A stretch of DNA of 64,000 nt from assembly GCF_009914755.1 (NCBI RefSeq), contig NC_060929.1; one strand, written 5' to 3'. This document shows positions 40,158 through 64,000 of this stretch, one piece after another. The DNA comes from the human T2T-CHM13v2.0 reference genome, Homo sapiens. A program made the translations under genes and the position numbers. The number at the start of each line of letters is the position of its first letter. Position 1 is the stretch's first letter. Under the pieces are notes generated by a model. That model had not been told where the DNA came from, made no database searches, and saw only the letters and a list, made by a program, of their open reading frames with translations.

Positions 40158-40957
40158 TGTGGTGGTTTTAAAACATGTCCACAAATTCCTTAGAAGTCCC
40201 TCCTTCAAAAGGCAGGTCTAATTTCCCTCCCTTTAAGTGTAGGTTGTACTTGGTTGACTTGCGTATGATAAATAGAATGTGTCAGAAGTGATGGTGGGTG
40301 ATTTCCAAGTCTGGGTTGAAAAAGGCAATGTGACTTCAACGTTTCTCTCCTGCATAGATTGCCTACTCTGGGAGAGCCAGGTGTGAGTGGGCCTTGGTGG
40401 ATGAGGATCCTCCAGGTCTACTGGCCTTTTAGATGGCTGCAGCCTCATGAGACACTGGGCCCAAATCACTCAGCTGAGCAGCTCCTGGATCCTTCAGTTT
40501 CAGAAACTGCATGAGTATCTTAATCTGTTCATGCTTCTGTGACAGAATACCTAAGACTGGGTCATTTATAAAGAACAGAAATTCATTTCCTCACTGTTTC
40601 TGGAGGCTGGGAAGTCCAAGATCAAGGTGCCAGCACGGGTACGTGGTGAGGGCCTTCTTGCTGCATCCTCTGGGAGAGAGGAATACTGTGTCCTCACATG
40701 GTTGAAGAGGAGAAGAGAGAGCTAAGCAAATGCTGCAAGAAGCCTCCTTTAGAACGGCCTCAATCCCATTAATGAGAGAGGAAACTTCATGGCCTAATCA
40801 TCTCGTAAACACCCCACCCCTTCATACTGTCACATTGGCAACACCTGAATTTTGGAGGGGATGCATTCAAACCACAGCAATCAGTTAATATATATTTGTT
40901 GTTGTAAGGTGCTGAAGTTTAGGGTAATTTGTTACACAGCAATAGATAAGGAATACA
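40158..40957 (+). mobile_element. MLT1-type LTR interrupted by a reverse MST/MLT1A-type LTR (about 40516-40879)
   Basis: tgtggtggttttaaaacatgtccacaaattc...ttgttacacagcaatagataaggaataca. The inner element runs ...ggaggctgggaagtccaagatcaaggtgccagca...attcaaaccacagca. Confidence 0.75.
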
Positions 40958-40984
40958 ACCTACACATTGTTATATCTAAAGGAT

Positions 40985-42205
40985 GCCGTGACTTCTGGGC
41001 AGCATTTGACACTGTTGACCTCTCCCTCTCTGAAACACTCTTCCTTTTAATTCCACCACACTACATTCTTCTACCTCCCCAATCCTTCCTTCTCATTCCT
41101 TTGCCAGTTCTTTCTCCTCTGCAGTCATTTCAGTGATGAGCTCTTTAAAGTCTTCTTCTCTTTTCAATCTAATCTTTCTCAGAGTTCTCACTCAGCCTCT
41201 CAGTAAATATGCAGTTGACAGTTTCTTCATCCAACCCAGACGTCTTCCCAGAACAAGTCACCTGCATTTGAAACTGTTCGCTCAGCATTATCCTTCATCA
41301 CCCCCAAAGCACCTCAGTCTCTACTCAGAAAACAAATTATCTTTCCCTCAAAACTTGGTTCTCTTTCTGTGTTTTCTATTTCAGTGAATAACACTACCAC
41401 CATCTATCCAGTTGCTTATAGCCCGCCATGCTCCTCTCTCTCCTTAACCACGTATCTAATCCATTTCCAAGCCTGCTTAACTCCTGCATCATCTCTTAAA
41501 TCTCCTCTGCTATCCAAGCCATGATTCTTTGTCACCAGGACTCTTATTGTAGCCTTCAAACCTATTGCCTTACATCTACCCTAGGCCCGTCTCCTGTCCA
41601 TTGTCCATACTATTGCTTGAGGGATATTTTCAAAACACAAATCTGATCATGTTTCTTTTCTTTTTTAAATGTCTTTTTGTTCTGCTTTAATGCATTTAAA
41701 GGCTTTAATCATCTCCTATCAGTCTTTGACTAAAACCCCCAAATCCTTAAGATGACCTGCCAGTCTCTGTCTTCTTATCACAGCCTACATCTCTAGTCTC
41801 ATTGTGCCACACTCCCCACTTGCTCCCTGAAATTCAGCCATAGTGACCCTTCTAACATGGTATGTTCCCCCTTGACCCAGGCAGGGCCTTTATGGGAGCC
41901 TCTATGAAATGCTTAGTCCCTGGCAGATCTCAGCACAGCATCCCTAGGTCATGGAAAACTCTCCAAACCTCCAATCTATGTCAAGAACATATCTTACAAC
42001 TTTCTGGAGAATTGGGGCCCTTTTCTCTAGGTCATAGCCTAAGTTAATAATTGGGCCTAGAGGTGGTACCTTTGATTAACATTTGCCCCCCCTCTTCAAC
42101 TGTGAGTGCCGCGAGAGCGTGGAGAATGCCCGACTGTGAACACTGTTGCAGCTCAGTGCCCGGCACAGGGTCCAATAACCTCGTAGACATTTGATGAATA
42201 TTTGG
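40985..42205 (+). mobile_element. L2 fragment
   Basis: gcagcatttgacactgttgacc, aaaacacaaatctgatcatgtt, cagtgcccggcacag. Confidence 0.65.
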
Positions 42206-42878
42206 GACTGACTGTTCCTTGAAAATTCAAAAGGACTTGCACATAAAAATCTTTGGTCTGGTGCCTTTTTATGGAATGTTTCTTTCAGTACTTGTTTTTC
42301 AAAGTTTTTTTTTTTTAACTTCTGATTTTATGGTTCTTCTTGAACCAATTTTGGTAATTCATATTTTCTCAAAACATGTCTGATTCAAGACTTACACATT
42401 CATCAGGAAAGAATTGTACAAACTATCTTATTATAATGGGGGAAATCACATTTGTGGTTTAATCTCTTCTTGTTTTTTATATGGTATATTTATCCCCCAA
42501 CCCCCTTTAGGCTAGTGTGAGCTTGTCTATGTCATTGCTTTGATATTTTTCCTTTAAGAACCAGATTCTGTCTTTGTAATTTACGTTAGAAAGTTATGTA
42601 ATTTTTATAGCCTTTCTTAAAACAGCTTTGTTGAGGCAGTTTACATACCACAATATTTACACATGTTAAGTGTTATAATTTAATGATTTTTAGTATATTT
42701 ATAGGGTTGTGTAACCACCATCACAATCAAGTTTTAGAATATTTTGATCACCCCCCAAAAATCCCCTGCTTTTGTTTATTTGTAACCAATCCCTATTCCT
42801 ACCCATAGGCTCAGGCAACTGCTAATCTGCTTTCTGTCTCTAGGTTTAATGCTTCGTCTGGACATTTCATATACATGA

Positions 42879-43136
<258 letters not shown>

Positions 43137-43525
43137 TAATTTTTTTTGTATTTTTGGTAGAGACAGGGTTTCACCATGTTAGCCAGGATGGTCTTGATCT
43201 CCTGACCTTGTGATCCACCCGTCTCGGCCTCCCAAAGTGCTGGGATTACAGGTGTGAGCCACTGCGCCAGGCCCTTCTATTTCTTAATAGTATTCTATTG
43301 TATAGATAGACTGCATTTCACTTGTCTGTTTACCAGTAGATTAACATTTGGTTCTTTCCACTTTTTGGCTGTATGAATAATGCTGCTGTGAACATCCCTG
43401 TGCAAGTCCATGTGGACATACAATTTCATTTCTCTTTATTACCTAGGAATGGAATGGCTGGGTAATATGGTAAATTTGTGATTAACCTTTTAAAAAGCCA
43501 CCAGACTGTTATTTCACATTCCCAT

Positions 43526-45195
43526 TGAGAGGTGACAGCGTGCTGGCAGTCCTCACAGCCCTCACTCGCTCTCGGCGCCTCCTCTGCCTGGGCTCCCACT
43601 TTGGCGGCACTTGAGGAGCCCTTCAGCCCACCGCTGCACTGTGGGAGCCCCTTTCTAGGCTGGCCAAGGCCGGAGCCCACTCCCTCAGCTTGCAGGGAGG
43701 TGTGGAGGGAGAGGCGCGAGCAGGAACCGGGGCTGCGTGCGGTGCTTGCGGGCCAGCTGGAGTTCCGGGTAGGCGTGGGCTTGGCGTGCCCCGCACTCGG
43801 AGCAGCCGGCCGGCCCTGCCGGCCCCGGGCAATGAGGGACTTAGCACCCGGGCCAGCGGCTGCGGAGGGTGTACTGGGTCCCCCAGCAGTGCCAGCCCAC
43901 CGGCGCTGCGCTCGATTTCTCGCCGGGCCTTAGCTGCCTTCCCGCGGGGCAGGCCTCGGGACTGCAGCCTGCCATGCCTGAGCCTTCCCCCGCCTCCGTG
44001 GGCTCCTGTGCAGCCCGAGCCTCCCCGACGAGCACTGCCCCCTGCTCCACAGCGCCCAGTCCCATCGATCACCGAAGGGCTGAGGAGTGCGAGCGCATGG
44101 CGTGGGACTGGCAGGCAGCTCCACCTGCAGCCCCAGTGCGGGATCCACTGGGTGAAGCCAGCTGGGCTCTTGAGTCTGGTGGGGACATGGAGAACCTTTA
44201 TGTCTAGCTCAGGGATTGTAAATACACTAGTCGGCACTCTGTATCTAGCTACTCTGGTGGGGCCTTGGAGCACCCTGTGTCTAGCTCAGGGATTGTAAAT
44301 ACACCAATCGGCACTCTGTATCTAGCTCAAGGTTTGTAAACACACCAGTCACCACCCTGTGTCTAGCTCAGGGTTTATGAGTGCACCAATCGACACTCTG
44401 TATCTAGCTGCTCTGGTGGGGTCTTGGAGAACATTTATGTCTAGCTAAAGGATTGTAAATACACCAATTGGCACTCTGTATCTAGCTCAAGGTTTGTAAA
44501 CACACCAATCAGCACCCTGTGTTTAGCTCAGGGTTTGTGAGTGCACCAATCGACACTCTGTATCTAGCTGCTCTGGTGGGGCCTTGGAGAACCTTTGTGT
44601 GGATACTCTGTATCTAACTAATCTGATGGAAACGTGGAGAACCTTTGTGTCTAGCTCGGGGATTGTAAATGCACCAATCAGCGCCCTGTCAAAACAGACC
44701 ACTGGGCTCTACCAATCAGCAGGACGTGGGTGGGGCCAGATAAGAGAATAAAAGCAGGCTGCCCCAGCCAGCAGTGGCAACCCGCTCGGGTCCCCTTACA
44801 CATTGTGGAAGCTTTGTTCTTTCACTCTTTGCTTTAAATCTTGCTGCTGCTCACTCACTCTTTGGGTCCACACTGCTTTTATGAGCTGTAACACTCACTG
44901 CAAAAGTCTGCAGCTTCACTCTTGAAGCCAGTGAGACCAGGAGCCCACCAGGGAGAAAGAGCAACTCCAGATGCGCTGCCTTAAGAGCTGTAACACTCAC
45001 CGCAATGGTCTGCAGCTTCACTCCTGAGCCAGCGAGACCCCGAACCCACCAGAAGGAAGAAACTCCGAACACATCCAAATATCAGAAGGAACAAACTCCA
45101 GACGCGCCACCTTAAGAGCTGTAACATTCACCGCGAGGGTCCGCGGCTTCATTCTTGAAGTCAGTGAGACCAAGAACGCACCAATTCTGGACACA
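43526..45195 (+). mobile_element. LTR12C solo LTR (ERV9)
   Basis: tgagaggtgacagcgtgctggcag...ccaattctggacaca; 4-bp TSD ccat; CpG-rich 5' part, tandem CCAAT-containing repeats, AATAAAA TATA-like box at 44747. Confidence 0.97.
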
Positions 45196-45244
45196 CCATC
45201 AGCAGTGTTGAGGTATGATTTACCTACCACAACCTCACCAATAC

Positions 45245-45445
45245 TTGTCACTTTTTCTGTGAAAGGTCAGATAGTAAATATTTTAGAATTTGCAGACCAC
45301 TGTGGTCTCTGTAGCAGCTACTCAATTCTGCCATGATAGTGTAAAAGCAGGCATAGACCATACATTATAAATAAATGGGAGGGCTGTATTGCAATAAAAC
45401 TTTATTATACAGAAACAGGTGGTTCTGTAATTTACCAACGTCTTA
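45245..45445 (+). mobile_element. MER58A-like hAT element
   Basis: tttttctgtgaaaggtcagatagtaaatattttag...ctactcaattctgccat...caataaaactttatt. Confidence 0.8.
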
Positions 45446-45818
45446 CCTAATTATAGCTATTCTAGTGGTAGCTCATTATGGCTTTAATTTGCATTTCTCT
45501 AATGACTAATGATGTCAAGCATCTACTCGTGTGCTCGTTAACAGTTTATATATCTTCCTCGGTGAAATGTTCAAATATTTTACCCATATTTTAATTGAAT
45601 TGTTTGTGTACTTATTGCGTTATGAGAGGCCTTTATATATTCTAGATACAAGTCCTTGATCAGGTATATGATTTGCAAATATTTTTTCTAGTCTGTGATT
45701 TTTCTTTTTATTTTCTAAGTGATGTCTTCTTAAGAGCAAACATTTTTTAAATGTTTCTGCAGTTTAATTTATCAGATTTTTCTTTATGCATTAGGCTTTT
45801 GAAGGACTCTGTCTAATC

Positions 45819-50349
<4,531 letters not shown>

Positions 50350-50381
50350 TAATCCAGGGTCACAGGATTATTTTCTTCTAA

Positions 50382-50630
<249 letters not shown>

Positions 50631-50739
50631 TGATCTGCCCACCTCAGCCTCCCAAAGTGCTGGGATTACAGGCGTGAGCCACTGCACCCTGCCTGTAATT
50701 TTAGTTCTTATATGTAGATCTGTGACTCTTTTTAAGCTA

Positions 50740-51917
50740 TTTTTTTATTTATTGATCATTCTTGGGTGTTTCTCGGAGAGGCGGATGTGGCAGGATCATA
50801 GGATAATAGTGGAGAGAAGGTCAGCAGATAAACACGTGAACAAAGGTCTCTGGTTTTCCTAGGCAGAGGTCCCTGTGGCCTTCCGCAGTGTTTGTGTCCC
50901 TGGGTCCTTGAGATTAGGGAGTGGTGATGACACTTAACGAGCATGCTGCCTTCAGGCATCTGTTTAACAAAGCACATCTTGCACCGCCCTTAATCCATTT
51001 AACCCTGAGTTGACACAGCACATGTTTCAGAGAGCATGGGGTTCAGGGTAAGGTTATAGATTAACAGCATCCCAAGGCAGAAGAATTTTTCTTAGTACAG
51101 AACAAAATGGAGTCTCCTATGTCTACTTCTTTCTACACAGACACAGTAACAATCTGATCTCTTTCTTTTCCCCACATTTCCCCCTTTCTTTTAGACAAAA
51201 CCACCATCATCATCATGGCCTGTTCTTGATGGTCGCTGTCTCTTCGGGGCTGTTGGGTACACCTCCCAGATGGGGCGGCCGGGCAGAGGCACTCCTCACT
51301 CCTAGATGGGGAGGCCGGGCAGAGGCACTCCTCACTTCCCAGATGATGGGCGGCCGGGCAGAGGCACTCCTCACTTCCCAGACAGGGTGGCCGGGCAGGG
51401 GCACTCCCCACTTCCCAGACGGGGTGGCGGCTGGGCAGAGGCACTCCCCACTTCCCAGACGGGGTGGCGGCTGGGCAGAGGCACTCCTCACTTCCTAGAT
51501 GGGGCGGCCGGGCAGAGGCGCTCCTCACTTCCCAGATGATGGGCGGCCGGGCAGAGGCGCTCCTCACTTCCCAGACGGGGTGGCGGCTGGGCAGAGGCGC
51601 TCCTCACTTCCCAGACGGGGTGGCGGCTGGGCAGAGGCACTCCTCACTTCCTAGATGGGGCGGCCGGGCAGAGGCGCTCCTCACTTCCCAGATGATGGGT
51701 GGCCGGGCAGAGGCGCTCCTCACTTCCCAGACGGGGTGGCCGGGCAGGGGCACTCCCCACTTCCCAGACGGGGTGGCGGCCGGGCAGAGGCGCTCCTCAC
51801 TTCCCAGATGGGCGGCCGGGCAGAGGCGCTCCTCAATTCCCAGGTGGGGCGGCTGGGCAGAGACGCTCCTCACTTCCCAGACGGGGCAGCCGGGCAGAGG
51901 TGCTCCTCACATCTCAG
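50740..51917 (-). mobile_element. 5'-truncated SVA (older A/B-like): SINE-R plus part of the VNTR
   Basis: ttattgatcattcttgggtgtttctcggagag...SINE-R; GC-rich VNTR gggcagaggcgctcctcacttcccaga; TSD tttttaagctattttt / tttttgagctgttttt. Confidence 0.95.
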
Positions 51918-54134
51918 TTTTTGAGCTGTTTTTAATGACTAGTGTGAAGTACCTAAATTTATCTTTTTGCATGTGAATATTGTCCCACACCGTTTGTTGA
52001 AAATAATATTCTTTCCAGTTTGAATTTTTCTGGCAGCTTTGTTGAAAATCAGTTGGCCATAAATGTTGAGTTTATTTTTGAGCTCTCAATTCTGTTTAAT
52101 TGATCTATATGTCAATCCCTATGCCAGTACACTCTCCTGATTTTTTTTTTTCTTTTTCTAGATAGTCTTGCTCTGTTGCCTAGGCTGGAGTACTGTGGTG
52201 TGATCATAGCTCACTACAGCCTTGAAGTCCTGGGCTCAAGTGATCCTCCCACCTCAACCTCCCAAGTAGCTGATACTATAAGCATGAGCCATCGTGCCCA
52301 GCCTGTCCTTATTTTTGTAGATTTATAATATGTTTTGAAATTAGGAACTGTAAGTCCTCCAACTTTGTTCTTTTTCAAAATTGTTTTGGCTATTCTAGGT
52401 TATTTGTATTTTCATATCAATTTTAGGATCAGCTTGTTAATTCCTGCAAAAAAGGCAGGTGGAATTTTGAAAGGATTGCATTGAAGCTATAGATCAATTT
52501 GGGGAGAATTGTCATCTTAACAAGATTGAGTTTTCCAATCCATAAATATGGATGTCCCCTCATTTATTTAAATCTTCTTTAATTTCTCTCAGCACCAGTT
52601 TTAGTGTATAAAAGTTTTATTGTATCAAAGAAGTGCATTTTTTGTAAAATTTATCCCTAAGCATTTTATTGTATTGATACTATTATGAATGGAATTATTT
52701 TTTAAATTTCATTTTTGAATTGTTCATTGCTGGTATATAGAAAAATAATCGATTTTTGTGTATTGATCTTATGTTTTGTGACCTTGCTGGAATTACGTAT
52801 ATCCTACTGTTTGTTTAGCTGGGTGGTTTTGCTGTCAGTGCTGGTGTTCCTAGTTCACTCAGAAGCCCCTTTGCTCTGATCCCGACAATTTCCAGTGCCA
52901 TTTCTACTGTCAGTAATGAACCCACAATTGTCTGCAGACTGCACAGCCTCATCTGCAGCTGAGGCAGAGTCAGCCCTTTCTCCTTGTCCTGCTTTTCAGC
53001 AGGGTTGGAAATGCACAGTCTGGGATGCTTCTTACTGGGGATAGCCTGAGGTGCTGGAGGAGTCAGTGGTTGTCATTGGGCAGCAACCACTCTGGCTCTC
53101 TTCTGTACTTCAGCAGTCCTAGGATCTGGGTCCCCTGGTACCTGGGGGTTCTTAGATCTTGTTCCAAATCCCTACTCCAGCTCTCTGAGGATTGGGGGAC
53201 TCTGCCTGGCACTGTAAATTTATAGAATGTACCTTCTTTTGACAAGATCTGTTTCTCTGGGGGAAGATCAGGGCTGGACACTTTTCCTACCTTGTTCCTG
53301 ACTATTTTCTGACAGATTTCCTTAGTGTTCTATTCTGCAGCCAGTTCCCCCTGCCCCCGTCTTAGGACCTGAGTCCTTACTGTCCCCCATCTAAGTTGAT
53401 ACCAGCCTGTGGTTGTTGCTCCTCTTCTTTTCTGGGAGCTCCTGTGTTTTGGTCACTGGTAGCTGTGGCTGACATTTGGGCAGCTTTTTGTTTGGGAAGT
53501 TAGCAATTGTGTTCCTGAGGTAAGTAAGGCGGATGGGCAACTGTGGGCTCTCCCCAGGGCTGGGTATTAGCATTGCAAATATGGCTCTTTAGTTCTAGTT
53601 AGTAAGGTGATGCCCAGGAAGGGAAGGAATTGTGCCAACCAAGGAAAGGTTCTCATTTGTACTTTCCCATCCAGCAGGAGGTTTTCAAAACATAGCATCT
53701 GTCTTAAAAGGCTCTTGTGTGCTCTAATCATCATCATTACTTTTATAATCATGATGTGAATTTTTTAGTCACAAACTCAGGTGTGCAAACAGTATAGTTT
53801 TCTTCATTCTTAATACCTCATTAATTTCTGACTCTGCATTCTTGTTCTGCATAATGGCAGACAATGCCTGCCCTGTCCAGCTGAACCCATTCCTTTTGGG
53901 TGGCTTCACTGACAAACTTGGACACGGTCACTTCTCCAGATTCAGTGATGGCCTTTACTGGAGCCTGCTTCAGACTTGCTTATTGCCCTCTAAAAGAGTT
54001 TTGAAAATCTATATACCTCCTTTGTTGACATTTAAAGCTTTTTTTTATCGTAAGTTTAAATAGTTAAATACTAAGTTATTACATATATTGATGTTTAAAA
54101 AATAAACTGTCACTATTATCCCATACTTTCTTTT

Positions 54135-54572
54135 CTATTTATTTTTTTGAGACAGGGTCTTGCTCTGTCACCCAGGCTGGGGTGCAGTGGTGCGATCACG
54201 GCTTATTGCAGCCTTGACTTCCTGGGCTCGAGTGATCCTCCTGGCTCAGCATCCTGAGTAGCTGGGACCACAGCATGTGCCACCATGCCTGGCTAATTTT
54301 TGTATTTTTGGTAGAGATGGGCTTTCGCCATGTTGCCCAGGCTGGTCTTGAACTCCTGAACTCAAGTGATCTCCTGCCTCAGCTTCCCAAAGTGCTGGGA
54401 TTACAGGTGTGAGCCACTGTGTGCTGCCACTTTTTAAAATTTAAACAATTTTTTTAGAGGCAGGGTCTCACTATATTCCCTAGGCTGGTCTCGAACTCCT
54501 GGGCTCAAGTAATCCTCCTACCTCAGCATCCCAAGTAGCTGGGTCTACAGGTACATGCTTCTGCACCTGGCT
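54135..54572 (-). mobile_element. AluJ-like plus an Alu monomer
   Basis: Reverse Alu with AluJ diagnostics (gcagccttgacttcctgggctc), followed by a monomer. Confidence 0.85.
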
Positions 54573-56379
54573 TACTATCCCATATTTTAAAATGTATCCA
54601 AAGAAATCTAAGTACCATAGCAATTTAAGTTCATTAAAAGTACCTTATATCCAATACTACTACATTACTTAGAGCTAAATTGATAGTTGTAAATGCCTAT
54701 ATTGAAAAGAAGAAAGATCTCAAATCAGTAACTTAAACTTCCACTTTAAGAAACTGGAAAAGAAGATCAAACTACACTCAAAGCAAGCAGAAGGAAGGAA
54801 ATATTAATGTGCAAAGTGGAAATAAATGAAATAGAGGTAGAAAAACAACGGAAAAAAATAAAGGAAACCAGAAGTTGGTTCTTTGAAAATATCAACAAAA
54901 TTTACTTTTAGCTTTTAGCTAGCTAAAACTTTTAGCTAGGCTAATCAAGCATAGAGGAGAAAAGGTCCAAAATTACTAAAATTAGGAATGAGAGTGTAGA
55001 TGTTACTACTGACCTTACAAAATAAAAAGAATTATAAGGGAATACTATGGACAACTGTGTCAAATTAGATAACTTAGATGAAATGAACAAGTTTCTAGAA
55101 ACACACAAACTACTGAAATTGACTCAAGAAGAAGTGGAAAATCTGAAAGATGTATAACAAGAAAAGATATTGAATTAGTAATAAAAAATCCTTCCCCCAC
55201 AAAAAAGCCCAGGGCCAGATGGCTTGACTGGTGAATTCTACCAAACATGTAAAGAGGAATTAATATTAATTGTTCATAAACTCTTCCATAAGCATAGAAG
55301 AGGAGGAAATACTTCCCAACTCCTTCTATGAGGCTAGTATTACCCAGATACCAAAGCCAGAAAAAAAAAAACACAAGAAGGAAAACTACCAACCAATATC
55401 TCCTATGAATTTAGATATAAAAATCCTTAACAAAAGCCTAGTGAACTGAATCTAGCAACATATAAAGGGATGATATATCATGACCATATGGGATTTATCC
55501 CAGGAATGCATGCAGTTTGTCCATCAGATGAAAATCAATATAATACACCATATTAATAGAATAAAGCACAAAACCCACATAATCATCTCAGTAACTTCAG
55601 ATAAAGCATTTGATAAAATTCAAAATAAAAACAATGAATAAACTAGGAATAGGAGGGAACCTTCCCAACCCATGAAAGGGTATCTCTGAAAATCCACAGA
55701 TAATTTCATGCTTTAGGGTAAAAGATTGAGAGCTTTCTCCCTAAAGTCAAGAACAAATACAAGGATGTTCACTCATTATTTCTATTAATATTGTATTGGA
55801 ATTTCTAACCAGACAGGCTAGAAAAAGTATTAAAAGGCATCCAGATAGGAAAGGTGGAAGTAAAACTATGTTTGCAGATGACATGATCCTGAATATAGAA
55901 AATCCTAAGGCATCTACAAAAAAACTATGAGAGCTAATGAAGGAGTTCAGCAAGGTTTCAGGATACAGGACCAAAATACAAAACTCAGTTGTGGCTGGGC
56001 GTGGTAGCTCATGCCTGTAATCCCAGCACTTTGGGATGCTGAGGTAGGTGGATCACCTGAGGTAGGAGGTCAAGACCAGCCTGGCCAACATGGTGAAATG
56101 CCGTCTCTACTAAAAATATAAACATTAGCTGGGCATGGTGGCAGGCGCCTGTAATCCCAGCTACTCAGGAGGCTGAGGCAGGAGAATCACTTGAACCCAG
56201 GAGGCGGAGGTTACAGTGAGCCAAGATCACACCATTGCACTCCAGCCTGGGGCACAGAGCAAGACTCTGTCTCAAAACAAAACACCTCAGTTGCAGGATA
56301 CAAGACCAATACACAAAAATCAGTTGTATTTCTATACCCTAGTAATGAACACTCAAAAATGAAATTAAGAAAACAATTC

Positions 56380-61019
<4,640 letters not shown>

Positions 61020-61098
61020 TTCCATTTACAATAGCATCAAAAATAATAAAATGCTTAGGAATAAATTTAACAAAAGAAGTGTAAAACTTGTGCACTGA

Positions 61099-61359
<261 letters not shown>

Positions 61360-61584
61360 TGATCTGCCCGCCTCGGCCTCCCAAAGTGCTGGGATTATAG
61401 GCGTGAGCCACCGCGCCCAGCCTAGAAAACATTTTTCAAAGAAACTAAAGAAGACCTAAGAAAGACATTTTGCATGCATGGATTGAAAGACTTAACGTTA
61501 ATATGTCAGTGTTTCCCAAATTAATCTATAGATTCCACACAATCCCTGTCAAAAGACTTTTTTGTAGACAAGTGGACCCAGTAG

Positions 61585-61785
<201 letters not shown>

Positions 61786-62170
61786 TGAGTAGCTGGGACT
61801 ACAGGCACCTGCCACCAAGCCTGGCTACTTTTTTTTTGTATTTTTAGTAGAGGCAGGGTTTCACCGTGTTAGCCAGGATGGTCTCGATATCCTGACCTCA
61901 TGATCCACCCGCCTCGGCCTCCCAAAGTGCTGGGATTACAGGCGTGAGCCACTGCGCCCAGCCAAAAATACATTTATTAGAGTAACATGTAATTTTTAAG
62001 AGTAGTTTTAGACAAAACGTAGTTTTAGACAAATCAAGACAATTTTATTTATGGCACATGAAATTTCATAGTCTTGTGCATAACACTTTACAATGAGAAC
62101 TTTTGTTAACCAGGACACACTATTTTCTATGTTAATTCTTCTGACACATAGATTTATGTTTCCCTCCTAG

Positions 62171-62350
62171 ACTTTCTTGCAAAAATGCCTGTTTGGGATT
62201 CCTCAGAGTACAGACAAAAAGGAAGGCTTGATCAGCATGTGGTGGATCTGAAGATTCAAAGAGGTGCCACAGCTCAAAAGTAGACATTTTGGCAAATGTG
62301 AAGAAGTGAGATTCAATGAAGATGATAAGAAATGAAAGGTGTTACCAAAA
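62171..62350 (+). other. Candidate orphan internal exon (180 nt)
   Basis: Acceptor tttatgtttccctcctag|ac and donor aaa|gtgagt, in non-repeat sequence. In-frame stops in the frames examined. Confidence 0.45.
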
Positions 62351-62369
62351 GTGAGTATGTATAGCTGTG

Positions 62370-62930
62370 CTTGTCACACAAAGTAGGCTTTAAGTCAAAA
62401 AAGCACAAAAATAGAAAATAAAGGTCATTATAAAACGATAAAGAGATCAATTCAGCAAGAAGGTAGGACAGTTGTCAATGTAAACACCCTGACACAGGAG
62501 CCCCAGTTATTAAAGTAAGAGTTATTCGAGCAACAGACAGAGACAGACAATAATAGCTGGGGACTCCAACACCCACTTTCAGCAACAGACACACCCTCTA
62601 GGCAGAAAAGTAACAAAGACCAGACTGACTCCAAGAGAAGTCAAAGGGACCTCACAGGTAATTACAGAACATTTCACCCACCAACTGCAGAATGTGCATT
62701 CTTCTCATCAGCTCACAGAACATTCTCCAGGATAGACCACATTTTAGGCCACAAAACAAATCTCAAAAAAGCATTTAAAAAATGAAAATCATAGCAAGTA
62801 TCTTCTCAGACCAAAGAGAAACGTTGGAAACTCTCCAGGTACATGGTATATAAATAATGGTAATGGTCAGTGAAAAAATCAAAAGGACAAAAACATTTCT
62901 TGGAAAAAAAAGGAAACGAGAGAAAAAATG
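62370..62930 (+). mobile_element. Old L1 ORF2 endonuclease-region fragment
   Basis: tacagaacatttcacccaccaactgcagaatgtgcattcttctcatcagctcacagaacattctccaggatagacc. Confidence 0.8.
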
Positions 62931-63043
62931 CATATAGTAGGTGTTTTTGAAGTAAAAAATGCAGAACAATAAAATTCAAAGATACAATGAAAGAAACATT
63001 TTCTGAACTAAAAATTGATTTGAATATGTTTTCTTTCATTTGT

Positions 63044-63743
<700 letters not shown>

Positions 63744-63759
63744 TGCTCTCTTTTTCATG

Positions 63760-64000
63760 GGCAGGCATGGTGGCTCATGCCTGTAATCCCAGCACTATGG
63801 GAGGCCGAGGCAGGCAGATCACCGGAGGTTGTGAGTTTGAGACCAGCCTGAGCAACATGGAGAAACTCTGTCTCTACTAAAAATACAGAAAATTAGCCAG
63901 GCGTGGTGGCACATGCCTGTAATCCCAGCTACTCGGGAGGCTGAAGTAGGAGAATCGCTTGAACCCGGGAGGCGGAGGTTGCGGTGAGCAGAGATCGTGC
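63760..64000 (+). mobile_element. Alu (cut by the window end)
   Basis: ggcaggcatggtggctcatgcctgtaatccc... Confidence 0.95.

Noticed and set aside
43426-44298. 130-216 aa ORFs and CpG-island-like sequence
   Set aside because: Explained by the GC-rich U3 of LTR12C.
51133-51976. Repetitive ORFs and an array-like repeat
   Set aside because: SVA VNTR; no unique spacers, so neither CRISPR-like nor coding.

Overview
Repeat-dense hominoid (very likely human) genomic DNA, containing Alu, L1PA, SVA and LTR12C. A CpG island at about 27.0-28.1 kb holds coding exon 1 of a SIMC1-type gene on the minus strand ([43 protein letters not shown]|gtgagt). About 23 kb into intron 1 lies an MST-LTR-derived cassette exon ([24 protein letters not shown]|gtatgt). 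Each differs by one residue from SIMC1 as I recall it, which suggests the duplicated 5q35 copy (SIMC1P1/LOC202181). Upstream of this promoter, the non-repetitive islands at about 30.7-40.0 kb and 52.8-54.0 kb form a phase-compatible chain of stop-disrupted minus-strand exons, which looks like a decayed multi-exon gene I cannot identify. Also present: deeply nested transposable elements (MER65>Alu>L1PA>Alu; an L1MB carrying LTR12C, MER58, a two-LTR MER83-type provirus and an SVA), a 20 x 52-bp VNTR that arose inside an MST LTR, an orphan plus-strand exon, and a SEPHS1 processed-pseudogene fragment. Repeat subfamily names and reference proteins are from memory, and many repeat boundaries are approximate.
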